A DNA stretch of 64,000 nt from the human T2T-CHM13v2.0 reference genome, Homo sapiens, in the NCBI RefSeq assembly GCF_009914755.1, contig NC_060942.1. One strand, 5' to 3'. The position numbers were made by a program, and so were the translations under genes. Each line of letters opens with the position of its first letter. Position 1 is the stretch's first letter. Below the pieces are notes generated by a model. It was not told the DNA's origin and ran no database searches. It was given only the letters and a program-made list of their open reading frames with translations. Shown here piece after piece: positions 44,598 through 58,474 of the stretch.

Positions 44598-45500
44598 TTG
44601 GTATTAATATCTTAGTTTATAAAGTAAGTTGAAAAGAATTTGCTCTTATTTTCCCTAAAATTTCTGTAAGATTGTTATTATGTCTTTATTACATGTTAAA
44701 TAGGATTCACCAATAAAACCATCTGGTGCTGGAGGTTTTATTGGGAAGGGAAGAGGAAGGTTTTATTTATAAACGTAGTTACTCTAATAAAAGAAAGCTG
44801 TTTATATTTGCAATATGTTCTTGAGTCTAATTTGTTAAGTTATATCTTTCAAAGAATTTGTTCACCTCACTAAAATTGTCAAATTCAACGATATGAAGTT
44901 AGTCATATTTTGTCATCATTTTATGAGTGCTTACAAATCAATATTAAAAAGTTATTTCATTACTGATAATGGTATTGTTTTTCTTTTTCTCTTCACCATT
45001 TTACATATATCTTTTTCAGTTTTAGTATTCTCAAAGAACCATTGTTGGGTGTTATTAATTTCTGTAATTTTTTCAACTTTTATTTTAGATTCTGGGGGTA
45101 CAATTGCAGGTTTGTTACAAAGGTATACTGCATGATGCTGAGGTTTGGAGTATGTTTAAACCCATCACCCATCAAGTGGTGTATTTTTCTGTTTAATGCT
45201 TTTTGTTATCTTTATTATTTCTTGGCTTCATCTAACTAGATTCAGTTGGTTGTTCTCTATAATCCTACGATAAAGTCTCAGATAATTGATTTTAAGGATC
45301 TCTTTCATCTGAAGATAAGTCTTGCAAGTCTTAAATTTCTCTAAGAGCACTGCACTACCTGCATTCCATGAATTTTGATAGACTGAATTTTAAAATAATC
45401 ATTATAAAAATATTTTCTAAAATTTTTGGTTATTTGTTTGGACACACATGTTATTTAAAATTGGATCGTCTCATTTCCATATACATTCTATATGTACCTT
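44480..45500 (-). mobile_element. Old L1M ORF2 fragments, containing a ~110-bp L1PB 3'-end piece at about 45068-45178
   Basis: GGATTCACCAATAAAACCATCTGG and similar text; insert TTTCAACTTTTATTTTAGATTC…GGGGTACA…CATGATGCTGAGGTTTGG. Confidence 0.7.
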
Positions 45501-46776
45501 GGACATTTGTTTTTTCTCTGGACAGCTACCCTCTAGTATTGGTGGTGTCTACGTGTTTCCTGTCTGCTTACATAATCAGTTGAAACTAGCTCTCCTTCTT
45601 TGCCAGAATATTGAACTATATTATCTTACTCATGTGGCAACATGAATTACATTAGAAAGGAGAAACACTTTCCTCAAACGTCTTTGTTTTTAGTCCATTT
45701 AAAGCTGTTTTGACTAGAATGCATTTCAGTATCTTGAAGAAATATAAAAAATTATAAACACCAACTAACAAAGCCACAACTGACCTGCAAATCAAAATTA
45801 TAGTCTAAAGTCTATAAGTGTATGCAATCCTATAAGTAAGTCCTAGTAAAACCAATTCTATACATTTGTAGTCACTAAAACAGACTGAAGGTATTGGTAA
45901 GGTTTACTCTGAGCTTTACTGATGAAAGTTTTTGTGTTTGTGTTACCTTGTTTGATTTTCACAATAATATTGCGAAGTTTTTATTAATATTATGCTCACA
46001 TTGCATATTTTTATTTCTGAGTCACAGAAACAAAAAAGTCTTTAGTGCTTAGACAAGTTTAGAAATAAATTTTGAATTCAGTTTTGTATCCTATATTTTT
46101 TATGTCAATTTGTAATCATTCAGTACAAAGTTTTTCTCCTAAAATATATTGCCCATTTTACACGACAGACTTGGGATAAAAGTAAACTCTTCTACACTAA
46201 ATTTGGTAAAAAATATCACACACTTATCTATGTAAGTTTATAAATGTGTACCTTTTCAGAATTACTGTTCTTGACTTACCATCAGAGAGGTTAAATAATG
46301 AATAGCGAATTATTTTCCCTAACTCTAAATATAATCTCAGCATAATGAAAATTTCAATTTGCTATTCATCAATAACCTGATATGATATAAAACTTCTTCC
46401 AAAGAGCCCTGTTAAGTGAATTTTGCAATAAATGTGATATTAATCACAGGTTTCAAACATGTCATGCTTTCAATTTCCTGATAATCTTCAACATGCTTGT
46501 ACTCCATTTTAATGTTTCAAAGGGAGAATTTAATGACAATTAGTTTTCAATGACAGCTGATAACTCTGCATGAAGGCATGAAGGTGTGTACTGCCTCTCT
46601 TTTTTTAAAGAAAGCATCCACTGATCTGATATGTTTTGATTCTGCCAGGAACATTTCTTTTATGGCTGTCCTAAAAATAGAGAAAATCTGACCCAACACT
46701 AATGTCCCATTCTATTTTCAGTGAGTGACTTTGGTTTGTTTTCTTGATTGATTTGACTGGGGCACGAAATGTAAGC

Positions 46777-46997
46777 CTATTTACACTCGTTACGAAGAAA
46801 GAGGATGAAGGATATCACAAACCCACAAGGGGACAGCACTGGTGATTGTGAAAAGATACACAAAGAAGAATACGATGGCTTTCCCCTTTCCATCTGTGTA
46901 TCAGTGTAGAGAGGCACGCTCTTGAACGGTTGCTGCTGCTCAAATTGTAATGGAGCGTTGTGGAGTAGCACTCCTTGGTCGTTATGAGAACACAGTT
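46777..46997 (-). other. Candidate exon in CpG-retaining unique sequence
   Basis: Acceptor TTTTACTCTTTCAG|AAC at 46998/46997; two of three frames are open for 60 or more codons; CpG-rich relative to the flanks. 3' end undefined. Confidence 0.4.
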
Positions 46998-47620
46998 CTG
47001 AAAGAGTAAAACTGTTTTGGATCGTGGGGCTTGCTGTTTGTTTTTTGTTTTGTTGTTTTGTTTCTTGACTGTGAATTTTTTTCCAATATGATAAAGAGAA
47101 AATACAAGAAAAACATTTTTTTTCTCTTACTTTTACTTGGGAGTCATAGGTTACTTATTCCTCAATCTGGCAAAAATCATTTAAGAGCTATTTGTTTGTT
47201 ATTAGGTGTTCATATCATCAAATCCGTTTTACAATAATTTATCATTAAAGTACCTAAACTATAAAACAGACTTGATGCCATAAACATCTAATAATAACAT
47301 ATTTTTGGTTAGCTTCTTTTATCCCCAACACAGTCCATTCAGGAAGCAGAAATGAGCAATCCTAATTACCACCCCAACTCCAGGATGCTTAGGAAAGCCT
47401 TCCTCCCAAACACATTATTCTATGTAAGACAAAGTCCACAAATAAAGTTCTCTTTAACTTGTACACCAGATGGAAATCGCTGGCAAAATGATCTGAAAAA
47501 TATGTTTATGTCAATAAAGTTTTATAGTGTGTGATTTAGTGAAGACTTTTCAATATATTACAAATAAAATATATATCATATTTTATGAATAATTTTTCCA
47601 CTTAAATGAAAATAAGTTAC

Positions 47621-47640
47621 CTTGGATTTCTGTAAATCAT
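47621..47640 (-). other. Candidate 20-nt microexon
   Basis: GATTTTAATTTTAG|ATGATTTACAGAAATCCAAG|GTAACT on the minus strand. Confidence 0.25.
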
Positions 47641-48055
47641 CTAAAATTAAAATCAATGTATAGCAAACACATGCATACTCTTTAATTAATCAGATTATGT
47701 AGTCGAAATGATGAACAATTGTTCTAGGGTCTTTTAAGATAAATAACCCTATAAACGCTTCAATAAAAGTTTTATTATTTTTTGTAAATTAAATATAGGG
47801 TTGAAAGAGATGATGTAAGACCATGTAAAATTAAATTTCCAGTGCATGATTTTTGAAAATAAGTAAAATATAGTATAATTTCTGGTTAATAATATTTAAT
47901 TTTTAAGGGCATAGGCATAGCTCACTCATGTAAGAAGTGCCATGTATGTAATCTATTCCCCAGAAATGAAAATGCAAGGAACGAAGAAGGGAAGGAGAGA
48001 AAGTTGGAGGAGGAGGAATGCATGGAAGAAGAGAAGACGAAAAGAAGAAAAATAC

Positions 48056-48115
48056 CTTCTCACTCCCACTTCTGCAAAATCCACTCCAAGCAATAGTAGT
48101 AGAGTAACAACTCAG
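48056..48115 (-). other. Candidate 60-nt exon
   Basis: CTACCACTTTTCAG|CTGAG…GAGAAG|GTATTT on the minus strand; phase-0 frame open (LSCYSTTIAWSGFCRSGSEK). Confidence 0.3.
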
Positions 48116-48939
48116 CTGAAAAGTGGTAGCAAGCAAGACTAAAATTTTAACATATACAGCAATAACACTGACATCTGTCTGTCTTAGCCCAAGTATGAAA
48201 TTACAGAACTTAGCAGACATGTTTAAATCTTACACTCTTACATACTTTTTCCACAAATTAAAAGGATAATATTGTTTGTGTTAGCTTACATGGGATACAC
48301 ATAAAATTAGATATTAGGTTATTAGTGACAATTAATTGAATTGTTTAAAATAAAGAAACTTCTGATCCATAAATATTCCCATTAGATTGCTGAATTTTGA
48401 TGTCTACCCTTTATGAAGTAAATGTATATATTACCCATTTCCTGCAGGTGCTCTATCATAATTACTTGCAAAATCAGTTTCTATTCATTGAATTTTTAAT
48501 TCCAAGTCTTCAAAAATGTTGCAAAGATAACTCAATTATTGAGACATTTGTTCCATGGAATCAAACAACTCAGAACCTACATTTTAAGTGCTTAAAATCT
48601 GAATGGATACAGACAACTGTACATATAAATTGATATCTAGTAGAGCGTGTTAGAAAGAGTAAATAAGAAATATATCTAACTAGAAATAGTTTTTATATAA
48701 GAGGATACTATTCAAATTCATAGAGCTTGGGTGAAAAGTAAACAGCAAGACAGACATTACTGATTGAGTATTTTGAGCTAAGTCACAGAGACTATAAAAC
48801 ATAAGGCATATTTTAATAAATGCAAACAGTTAATTTACATTTTTATATATGATATGGAAAGAATGATATAAAATATGTGAAAAAACACAAAGAATGTAGC
48901 CAAATAAGAAAGTCGTGGAGGTTTAAATAGCAGACTTTT

Positions 48940-49255
48940 GGCTGGGCGCGGTGGTTCATGCCTGTAACCCCCGCACTTTTGGAGGTTGAGGCTGGTGGAT
49001 CACCTGAGGTCAGGAGTTCGAGATCAGCTTGGCTGGTACAGTGAAACCCTGTCTCTACTAAAAATACAAAAATGAGCTGGGCGTGGCAGCACGAGTCTGT
49101 AATCTTAGCCACTCTGCAGTCTGTGGCAGGAGAATTGCTTGAACCCCAGTGGTAGAGGTTGCAGTGATTCGAGGTCGCACCACTGCACTCCAGCCTGGGT
49201 GACAGAGCAAAACTCTGTCTCAAAATAAATATATAAATAAAAATTTAAAAAGAAA
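48940..49255 (+). mobile_element. AluS (Sx/Sz-like)
   Basis: GGCTGGGCGCGGTGG…GGATCACCTGAGGTCAGG… with a degenerate A-rich tail. Confidence 0.92.
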
Positions 49256-51135
49256 ATAGATAGCATGCTTTATAATCAGGGCATTTTTCTACCCCAAATC
49301 AGACTCTAGAGATATGACAGCAGACCAGGGTTGTTTGTAAGACTTTTCAGGAGTACAAATAAAAACTTAGAATAATTTTCAAGCTTAGAGGGAAACTTTT
49401 ATAAACATAAATGTGCATACACCCATATATTTTAAAAATTTGCACACAGTAGATAAGTAAATACAAATAAACCTGTAGAATCCAACATCAAGATACCTTC
49501 CACTAGAAGTGGGTCGAAATGTGTCTTTCCTCACGCCAATTTTTTTTCTTTCCCTTCATTCTTTCCAGCCAGTCCTGACCTTGAATCTCACCTAATCTTT
49601 TGGACTTATCATTACATACCCTGGTTTCTGCTTTCTTTCTTACTGATGAGCAAAATGATTGTATTTTCCACCTTTAGCTTTGAAGACTGACTCTTTTTCT
49701 GAAGTATTGGCTCTCTACCAATTCCTGGTTTTATTTTGGTATTTTTAAAATAATTACTCTATGATAATAATTACTGTAATGATGTCTGAGCTATTAATAA
49801 AGAAATGTTCCCTGAAGTTTTATGATACAGTTGCAAGACCATGAGCTACAAAATTTCTAAGTACTAGTTCTAAATTATAGTTCTGCCATTAACTAGCTAG
49901 CAACTTTATTTACAAAATGATTGTAATAAGGCAACCTATTAGGGTTCTATGGGAATTATGTCATATATTACACAATTTTCACAACAGTTTTTGCCATTAA
50001 AAAACACACACAGATTATACAAACACAACCTAGATGTTTAAGTGAATAGTCCACATGCTTTGTTCCACCCATAACAACTCCTCCTCCTTTTACTGGTCTC
50101 ATGGTCTTTCTTCTCCTGTGTTGAAACATGCCCTTACCTATGGATCTGAAATTAACACCAATTTCATTAATTAAAACATGGCATTTCCTTATTTACATGT
50201 TTTGTAACAATTTAAATTAACAACTTTTAGATATAAATAAAAATATGAGAGACATATTTTGACGCATAAACCTAATACTTTTTCCCTGATACTACAGTAA
50301 CAAGTATTTATCTTCCATATATTGATATAAAGCATTAAATGTATCAATACTTTATCTGGAGAAGGTTCATCCTAGATTTAAAATACATTCATTTTGAAAC
50401 AATCCCCTATTACACATTCTTAATAAAAACTGTCCATGTTTGCTTGGTTTATAACTTTGTGTTCCCTCTCTCATACAACTTTTGGAAGCACTATTACAAC
50501 CAATATTCAATATCTCTCATGGCTGTTCCCATCCCTCCAAAACAGAGCCATTTCTCCTTGTTTTTTGTGGATTTTTTTTGCCTGTTTTTGTTGTTGTTGT
50601 TGTTGTTGCTTAGTTTTAGCAGCAGAAATTTAGCCTTTCTCTCACCCTCACGGTCTCACACTTTATGGGACCACTTATGTGAATGCTTTGGCAAAATTGT
50701 GCTCACAGCACCAATTTCTGTTCCACCTAGTATGGTCATGTAAGTCATCACTGAATGACAACCATAGGAACACATCTTTTCCAAGGAAAGATTTTCTCAG
50801 TTCCACTTGAGCCTTATTTTCTGTCAACTCCATCAATCAGTGGAGAGAGACTAGTCCCCTATTCACAACAGCTTAGCCAGTTAATAATAAGCCTGTTAAT
50901 GACTTGAGACAAACACAGTTCCACCCTTTGCAGTTGAGTGTGTTACTTACTTAATTCAAGCATTTTCTCATAAATAAAATAATACCAGTACTAGTGGGCA
51001 TTATGAGGGAAAAAACGTGCTGGAGGTATTCTAGTATCTGAAAATAGACTGTAGATATTTGATCTTGTTACCATTATCAGAGTCACAATAGGTAGAAGGG
51101 CAATTGCAGATGCAGTTTTGCATAGAAAGTGTTTT

Positions 51136-51255
51136 TCCTTCCTTGCTTCCCTCCCTTCCTTCCTTCCTTCCTTTACTCCTCCCTCCCTCCCTCCCTTCCT
51201 TTCCCTTCCCTTCCCTTCCCTTCTCCTTCCTTCCTTCCTTTTTTTTTTCTTTTTC
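51136..51255. repeat. Polypyrimidine (CCTT/CCCT/CCCTT)n low-complexity tract
   Basis: Near-pure C/T run read directly. Confidence 0.92.
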
Positions 51256-53846
51256 TAAGCATTTTTCTTCAGTAAACCCTGATTAAAACATAGGGTAGTG
51301 TAATTCGTATTACGCTTTCACTTGATCAGGAATACATTGTCTGTCTTTGGAGATTCTGTTCATAAGCGAGTACTTCTAACTTGTAAGTGAAAGTGCAATC
51401 AAAGGTCTACAGATTTCCTTACATAGCAATTTTGAGCCTAAGCAAGTCATAAATTGGAGCTGTCTATATCCCTGTGAGAAAAACAGGGACTACAGTTACT
51501 TTCTTCATTTATTGAGGAAGTGATTGTCATAAACAGGGTCTTCACTTTTTTTATTCACATACTTTATGCATTATTTTGATGTAAGCATTTGAATTTCCTG
51601 CCCCGGAGAAAACATTTTAGTGCTTTATATCAATATATGGAAGGGAAATATTTACTCTGCTATGCATTTTTGTTTTATGTATCCCTCAGCACACGAACAA
51701 TACTTTTTACGATGTTTTTCCATTAATGTGTTTGTTTTAGGAAAGATGAAGTTCAGCAACCATTTTTCTTTCCGCTTTGATTCATACATTCTCTAAGGCT
51801 CTTGCTTCTTAATGCAAGGTGTATTGATATACTGATTTAATATAGCAACATCCTTTATTGAGATATATCTCTGTAATGCCATTGGGAGCAATGAACCAGC
51901 TAAGACACTTGCAATATTAAAATCAATTAAAATTTAAAAAATGTTAAATTGCATTGTTACGATGGAATCAATTTGAAAAACTGGCTATTGAGCAATTAAG
52001 GAAGAAAAAATACACTGGGATTTCATGTTTCTCTTGCCTTTTTAGCCCAGAATATGGTTTTTGTGTAAGTACTACAAATGTCTTCTATTAAAGGCTGAAG
52101 TAAACTTTTCTCCAAAAGTGATGGCTTAACCTTCCATACCTATGTTTAATTATACTTTTTAAGACTTTCAAATTTTAAATTGTCTAAGCCCCTGTTGCTA
52201 ATTTTATATCTTAGAGAGGCACATTGACATTTGAGGGCACTAGGGTACAATGTAATGCATTAGTACAAGAGGAAAGGACAGATGCTATGCTCTAAATTAT
52301 TGATAAAGATTTTAAAGGTGAAAGAGATGCAGCATAATGGGAAGAACTCCTATTTCCTTCTCTTTTCCTTCAGAAACTTCAGGTATTTTAAAATGTTAAC
52401 ATTTCTCCATAAAAACTCCAAGTCATTATTAGTGTGAGTAGTAGATATGTACTAATTATATAATGGGATTTAAATAAATTATTTATGGGTGACTAGTATT
52501 ACACTGAAGGTGAAGGTGGGTGAATTTTTTTTTAATGCTACTTAAAAACAGAGTACTTAAAAACACATGGAAAAGCAAGAGTACCTAGAATATTTACAAG
52601 CATAAAAGTGTGTGGGGTGGAGGCCTATACAAACTGTAAAACGGTAACCGAGTGTCTGTGTGCTGGGCTGTTAGCCAAGTCACTGAAAGGAATTTAGACC
52701 TCACCTAGAATTTCAGTCTTGTGTATTATTTAAATAATGAGAGGACAACATAGACGTAGAATGGTCCTCAATGCTCTGCCATTATTAAAATATAGAATAC
52801 GGTTTGCCTGTAAATTATTAAAATTAAATGGAGGATGCACCATTTATGAGAAGAGTTCCTAGTCAGTAAATTCCAGACACAGTCATGAGAATCCCCCACA
52901 TGCTCCGTATAGCTGAATTTTTTTTTCTTCTCATTGTTGCAACTATAATCTGACGATGGGTACCTTCTCTTGAGGTTAGAGTTAAGCATCTAGATGGCAT
53001 TGGACCTTAAAATCTTCGGTCTACTTTATAAAAACACATATGGAGGACGGAGAGTGCTACCTATTCTATGTTTACTGCAACTAAATTGGGAAAGATAATT
53101 TGAAGCAGTGCACGATGCAGATAGGAATATGCCGGTGCTGTGATTTCACCAGCAGTTTAGAAACTTCACTAGGATGACAGAAGTGTGGGAAAAAAATGGA
53201 AAATAGGGATCTAGTAGAAAAAAATTGGCTCTAAATAATTATTGATAGATCAATGGAAGGGAGAGGAAAAAGCATGTGATGAAGGATCTAGGAATTTCAG
53301 ATATGTAAAGGATAAAGGACAATGTCAATGATGGTTATAAGACAGTTCATAAGTATTGATTGCTGTGATGTGGACACTTAGGAGCTTAGTACCAAGACGT
53401 ACAACTGATCACAAGATAAATATTAGCAGATGTCCTGAAGAGCATTTAAAAATATAGAGGTACATCTACAAACACACAAAATGAGAAGGAGCAGTGTATT
53501 CACTGATTTGAAGTTTATAGTCAAAAAGTAAAATGTGTCCAATTGATTCAGGATAAATGAATAGCCAAACAGTTAAGCACTATGTTTGGAGAATTAAAAA
53601 CAATCAGATATTGGGAAAATTTAGAAGTATTACCAAAGAAGAATTAATATGGATTATTCCAGAACAATAGAATGTGTGAAAGAAATTATGAGAAAAGAAA
53701 TTTTTAAAAGGCACATGGGGGAGAATAAACAAGTCAGGTCAAAAGCTGCAGTACCATTGACGGTTTAGGTCCTGAGAAAAACACTCATTCTTTCTTAAAA
53801 AATAGAGAAGTTGGGGATGCTTTCCAAGACGACGAAAACTACTTAC

Positions 53847-53957
53847 CTGTCAGCTGAATGCTTGAATACTTAATTTAGATTAGGGGACGCAGTTATTTTT
53901 GTTTGTTTTCTATTTCTAATTTTCCCCCTCCTTACAAATGCAAATATAGCTCTAAGT
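53847..53957 (-). other. Candidate 111-nt non-coding exon
   Basis: Acceptor CCTTTTACATTTTGTAG| at 53958 and perfect donor CAG|GTAAGT at 53847/53846; stops in all three frames. Confidence 0.3.
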
Positions 53958-56274
53958 CTACAAAATGTAAAAGGCTTCGAAAAATGAACTGAAACCTGAT
54001 TGTGTAAAACCAGCATTAAAATTTAACATGCAAAAATTTATAAGGGTATTTAAAAGTCAATCTGTTTCATGAGGATACAGATTAACGACAACAATATCTC
54101 TCACTTTCGCACAGATAAGCTATTATATACTTTTATCTTTAGACTAATTATTTTTGATTGCGATTTTAGTACAGTTTTCTTCACATGCCTTTTCATATTT
54201 ACTTCATCCTGTCTTTTGCTAAGTGAATTCACTTTTATATTATGTAAATTATAGTGGGACCGTGTGTTGTTTCCTATTCTGGGACAATGAAATTTCTTTT
54301 TTTTCTCATTTTGAGTTTATTTCAGTTTTGTACTAACACCTTGTTTTGTACCAGTTTTCATGCACTTATCATATATTCTAGGATCTTTGAAGAGCAACAC
54401 AAATAATTGTAAATATTTGAAGGGGTAGAGACAATATACATCATTTTCCACATAGTTTTGTTGAGCAAACTTTTAGATCAAATGTGGTTTCTCCTGAAAA
54501 TCTTAAGCCACAAATATTATTTCACCTATTAGTCATTCCTACAGTAGTATAATATTTGAAATGAGCTATAAAAATACTCTAAATACTAATAAAATTAAAA
54601 CAATGTCGAAATCACTTTGTGTGAACAAATTTACTAAATCAATATGAAATGTTTGTTTCCAAGTGAGAAGAAAATTTGTAAACTTGAGAGAGAAAAAACT
54701 CGTATTCTAGCCCCACATACAAAAAATTTTTCTTTATTTATCTTCTTTAGTCTTATATAAAGTCTTCTGTCTATAGCTACAACTACAACTTTCCATGTAT
54801 ACAGATGTGGTAATGGGTACCTATACAGAGAAATATACATAGATACATGCATGAATATATATATATGTCTACATATATATATTTATTAAAAATTAGGTAC
54901 TTTTATTAAATAATTTTATTATACAAAACTAGTGAATATAGGCAAATATGTTCTTTTCTGTTTCCTTCTTGAAATATAACCAAATATGTCCATATTGCAA
55001 CATTTTATAACAGGTATATGATAATATAAAAATATATAAAATTTTTAAAAAAGAAAAGCAGTCTATGGTATGATTGAAATAATATTGTCGGTATAATATG
55101 GGGTATTCTTATTGACTTAGTGACTAAGGACTAATGATGATCATGCAAAATTTTTGTAAAAAAGAATAGGTCACAAACAGAGCTCAAAATAGGTATTAGA
55201 CATCTAATTTTACTATGTAAATGAGCTGCATTTTTGCACTCACAGAGATGTCTAACATACGAGTGGAAAGGTTCCCTGAATCTGTCCTACACATGTCTGA
55301 ATCTTCAAATAAAATTATTTATTTAAAGATGTTCTTTCTTTGTCCTCTGTGTTTTTAAAAAATCTATTATTAACAAATATCTTTTCAGGCTAAAACAAAA
55401 GGCATTGTGTTGAAATTTTGGTCAGGATTGAAAGATTTTTCTAAATTGGTTTTAGAAGAATTTGTTTCCTTAAATATTGAGTCTTTTAGTACAAAAACTT
55501 TAAGTTTCTCTTGATTTATCTCCATTATTGTATTTCCTATTACTTAGTAAAGCTTTGTAGAGTATTTCCGCTAGCACTTGTACATTTGTGACACAGTAAA
55601 TAGTTTCACATTACTATTCAGATATGCAAAGAAAATAAAGAAAATATAGCATGCTTATATTTTAGTGACTAAGTTATCCTTGCCCATAACCTCCTACACC
55701 CTAAACTGAGATAGGTCTTAAATTGTCCATTGTATTTCTCTTTAAAATGATCGTTTTTGATGATGAACATATCATATTGTCAATTATGCTTCATTTAAAT
55801 GAAATATCTATCTATACGTATCTGATTTTGCGCACCTCCATTGTTCCAGTGTAAAATGTTCAGTCTTCTGTATTATTTTGTCCTCTTCTTCCTCTGCTCT
55901 GTGATGGCATCAGGATGTGGGTTATGGTATGACACTAACCAAACAATGAGGTTACCAGGGAGCAGAGGCACAAAGCTGCTTGTTGTCTCCCGGACTCTTG
56001 TTGGTTTCCACTGTGTGCAGCATGTTCTGGTTTCTGGACTTTCACTGGGGTGCTGCTGTTCCCTTCTGGCCTCTTCAGCCATGTGGTTTTTGCATCGTGG
56101 TTGAACATGGCATTCAGTCATTGCCCCTAGTTACCAATCTCCTGCTCACTGGTGCTCTTCTTATAGACAGTAGGATTTGTCCTACTTATCATGCCTGCCA
56201 GCAACTCTGCTTCCTCTCACAGAGCTCAGCGACCCCCCACATCTGATGAAACATGGTAAACTACATATCTAAGT

Positions 56275-57260
56275 AGCTTAACCACCTCCAAGTAGGATAA
56301 AGAGATCCACGTCCAGATATATCATAGTACAAATGTTTACAGCCAGAGACAAGGAGAAAATGTGAAGGCAGCCAAAAGATAAACAACAGGCCATGTAAAT
56401 GGGAACCCCAGTAAGAATAATAGATAATCTTATATCAGAAATAAAGGTGGACAAAAGGCAATGACATCCAGCAAAACTATCTTTCAAAAATGAAGACAAA
56501 ATAAAGACATTCCAAGATAAACAAAACTAGGAAAAATTATTGCAGCAGACCTGCCTTAAAGAAAATTTCAGGCCGAAAGCCAGGAAACTAAACAATAATT
56601 CACATACACATGGAAAACAAACCAGGACAATGAACCCCAGTAAAAGTAATTACGTGATAATAAAAGCATAAAACGCATATATCTTCTCCTTCATTCTCTT
56701 AACTTATTTTAAAAGCAAATGCATAAAATAATATATAAAATTATACTACTGGGCCTGTAACATAGAAATGTGTCTTAATCTGATCTATACCATGCTAAAA
56801 AATCATAGATTGAGTAGCTTATAAACAACAAAGATTTATTTCTTACACGTATGGAGGCCGTAAAGTCCACAATCAAATAACTGGCCGATTTGGTGCCTGG
56901 TGAGTGCCTGATCCCCAGTACATAGACTAATCTTCTTGCTATGTGCGCATATGGTGAAAGAGGTCAAAAAGCTCCTATGGGTCTCTGTTTTATAAATGTA
57001 TTAATTTCATTTATGAGGGCAGAGCCCTCATGACCTAATCAATCCACCAAAGGTTTCATCTCCAAATTCCCTCACACTGGGGTTTAGGTTTCAACATACG
57101 TATTTTGAAACGACACAAACATTCAGTTTATAGAATGATGTAGTATATTTGACAATAACAGCACAAAGTGAAAGGAAAAGGGGTATTGAAATACTAAATA
57201 AAGCTACATGGTACACTGAATCAACAGAACTAAAGAAGGGAACTAGCAATGGCAAAAATT
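56275..57260 (+). mobile_element. Old L1M ORF1 end and spacer, interrupted by MLT1A
   Basis: CATCCAGCAAAACTATCTTTCAAAAATGAAG…AATAAAGACATTCCAAGATAAACAAAA…GCAGACCTGCCTTA. Confidence 0.78.
56771..57135 (-). mobile_element. MLT1A/MLT1A0 solo LTR
   Basis: TGTCTTA…ATGAGGGCAGAGCCCTCATGACCTAATCA…GACACAAACATTCAG; about 365 bp. Confidence 0.85.
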
Positions 57261-57501
57261 ATCGAGATATAGTATTATTTGGCCACCATTATTAAAACTG
57301 AAAAACATTTGAATCTTCCATCAGTTTTCTTAATGATTAATAAAATATAGATAGGACTTCTTATCATGGAGACTTCAGTTGATTAAATTCAATTTTATGA
57401 GTAGTTGAAAAGGAAGAAAGACAGGTAGATAACAAATAGATAAATACAAAATAGACGGAGAGTAAGAAAAATGTTTTTCCTAATTTTCAAATATAGCATT
57501 T

Positions 57502-57561
57502 TTTTTTTTGAGACAGGGTCTCACTCTGTTGCCCAGGCTGGAGTGCAGCAGCATGATCATA
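57502..57561 (-). mobile_element. Very short, 5'-truncated AluJ/FLAM 3' end
   Basis: T-run then GAGACAGGGTCTCACTCTGTTGCCCAGGCTGGAGTGCAGC…ATCAT; flanked by TCAAATATAGCATTT and TCAAACTTAGCATTT. Confidence 0.85.
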
Positions 57562-57940
57562 TCAAACTTAGCATTTTAAAAATCCAGATATTGATTTTGT
57601 CCTAAGTAGTTTGTTGCCCTGTTGATAATACAGTTGTTTTTGTTTGCTTTTTTAAAAAGGCAAATATTGAACAACTACTCTGTTCATGGCCATATGCACG
57701 GTTTTGGAGATTAGAAGTGAATAGGATATTGACACACACAACATAGAACTGAATTTTATCGTTGGTCTGAAGGTAGACTTTGGTAATAGTAATAAAGGCA
57801 TAAGTAGTGCTAAATTTACTCAGAACTCATTTTGATTCTGCTTCGAAGAATGAATGATAAAAATTATTCCCACTTTTGATATTTAATTGTCCCTGTGAAA
57901 CCTGACCAACCGAAAAACACAAGAGTCGCTCAAAAAGTAA

Positions 57941-58474
<534 letters not shown>

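Noticed and set aside
46721-46769. Plus-strand 49-nt exon-like segment (TTTTCAG|…AAT|GTAAGC)
   Set aside because: The body is T-rich and intron-like, the donor is weak, and it conflicts with the better minus-strand model.
50138-50145. 8-nt minus-strand AG…GT segment (TTTCAG|ATCCATAG|GTAAGG)
   Set aside because: Poor polypyrimidine tract; such pairings occur by chance in 64 kb.
55840-56250. GC-richer patch with overlapping 82-88 aa ORFs
   Set aside because: It looks like a diverged LTR or L1-associated repeat that I cannot assign; no coding signature.
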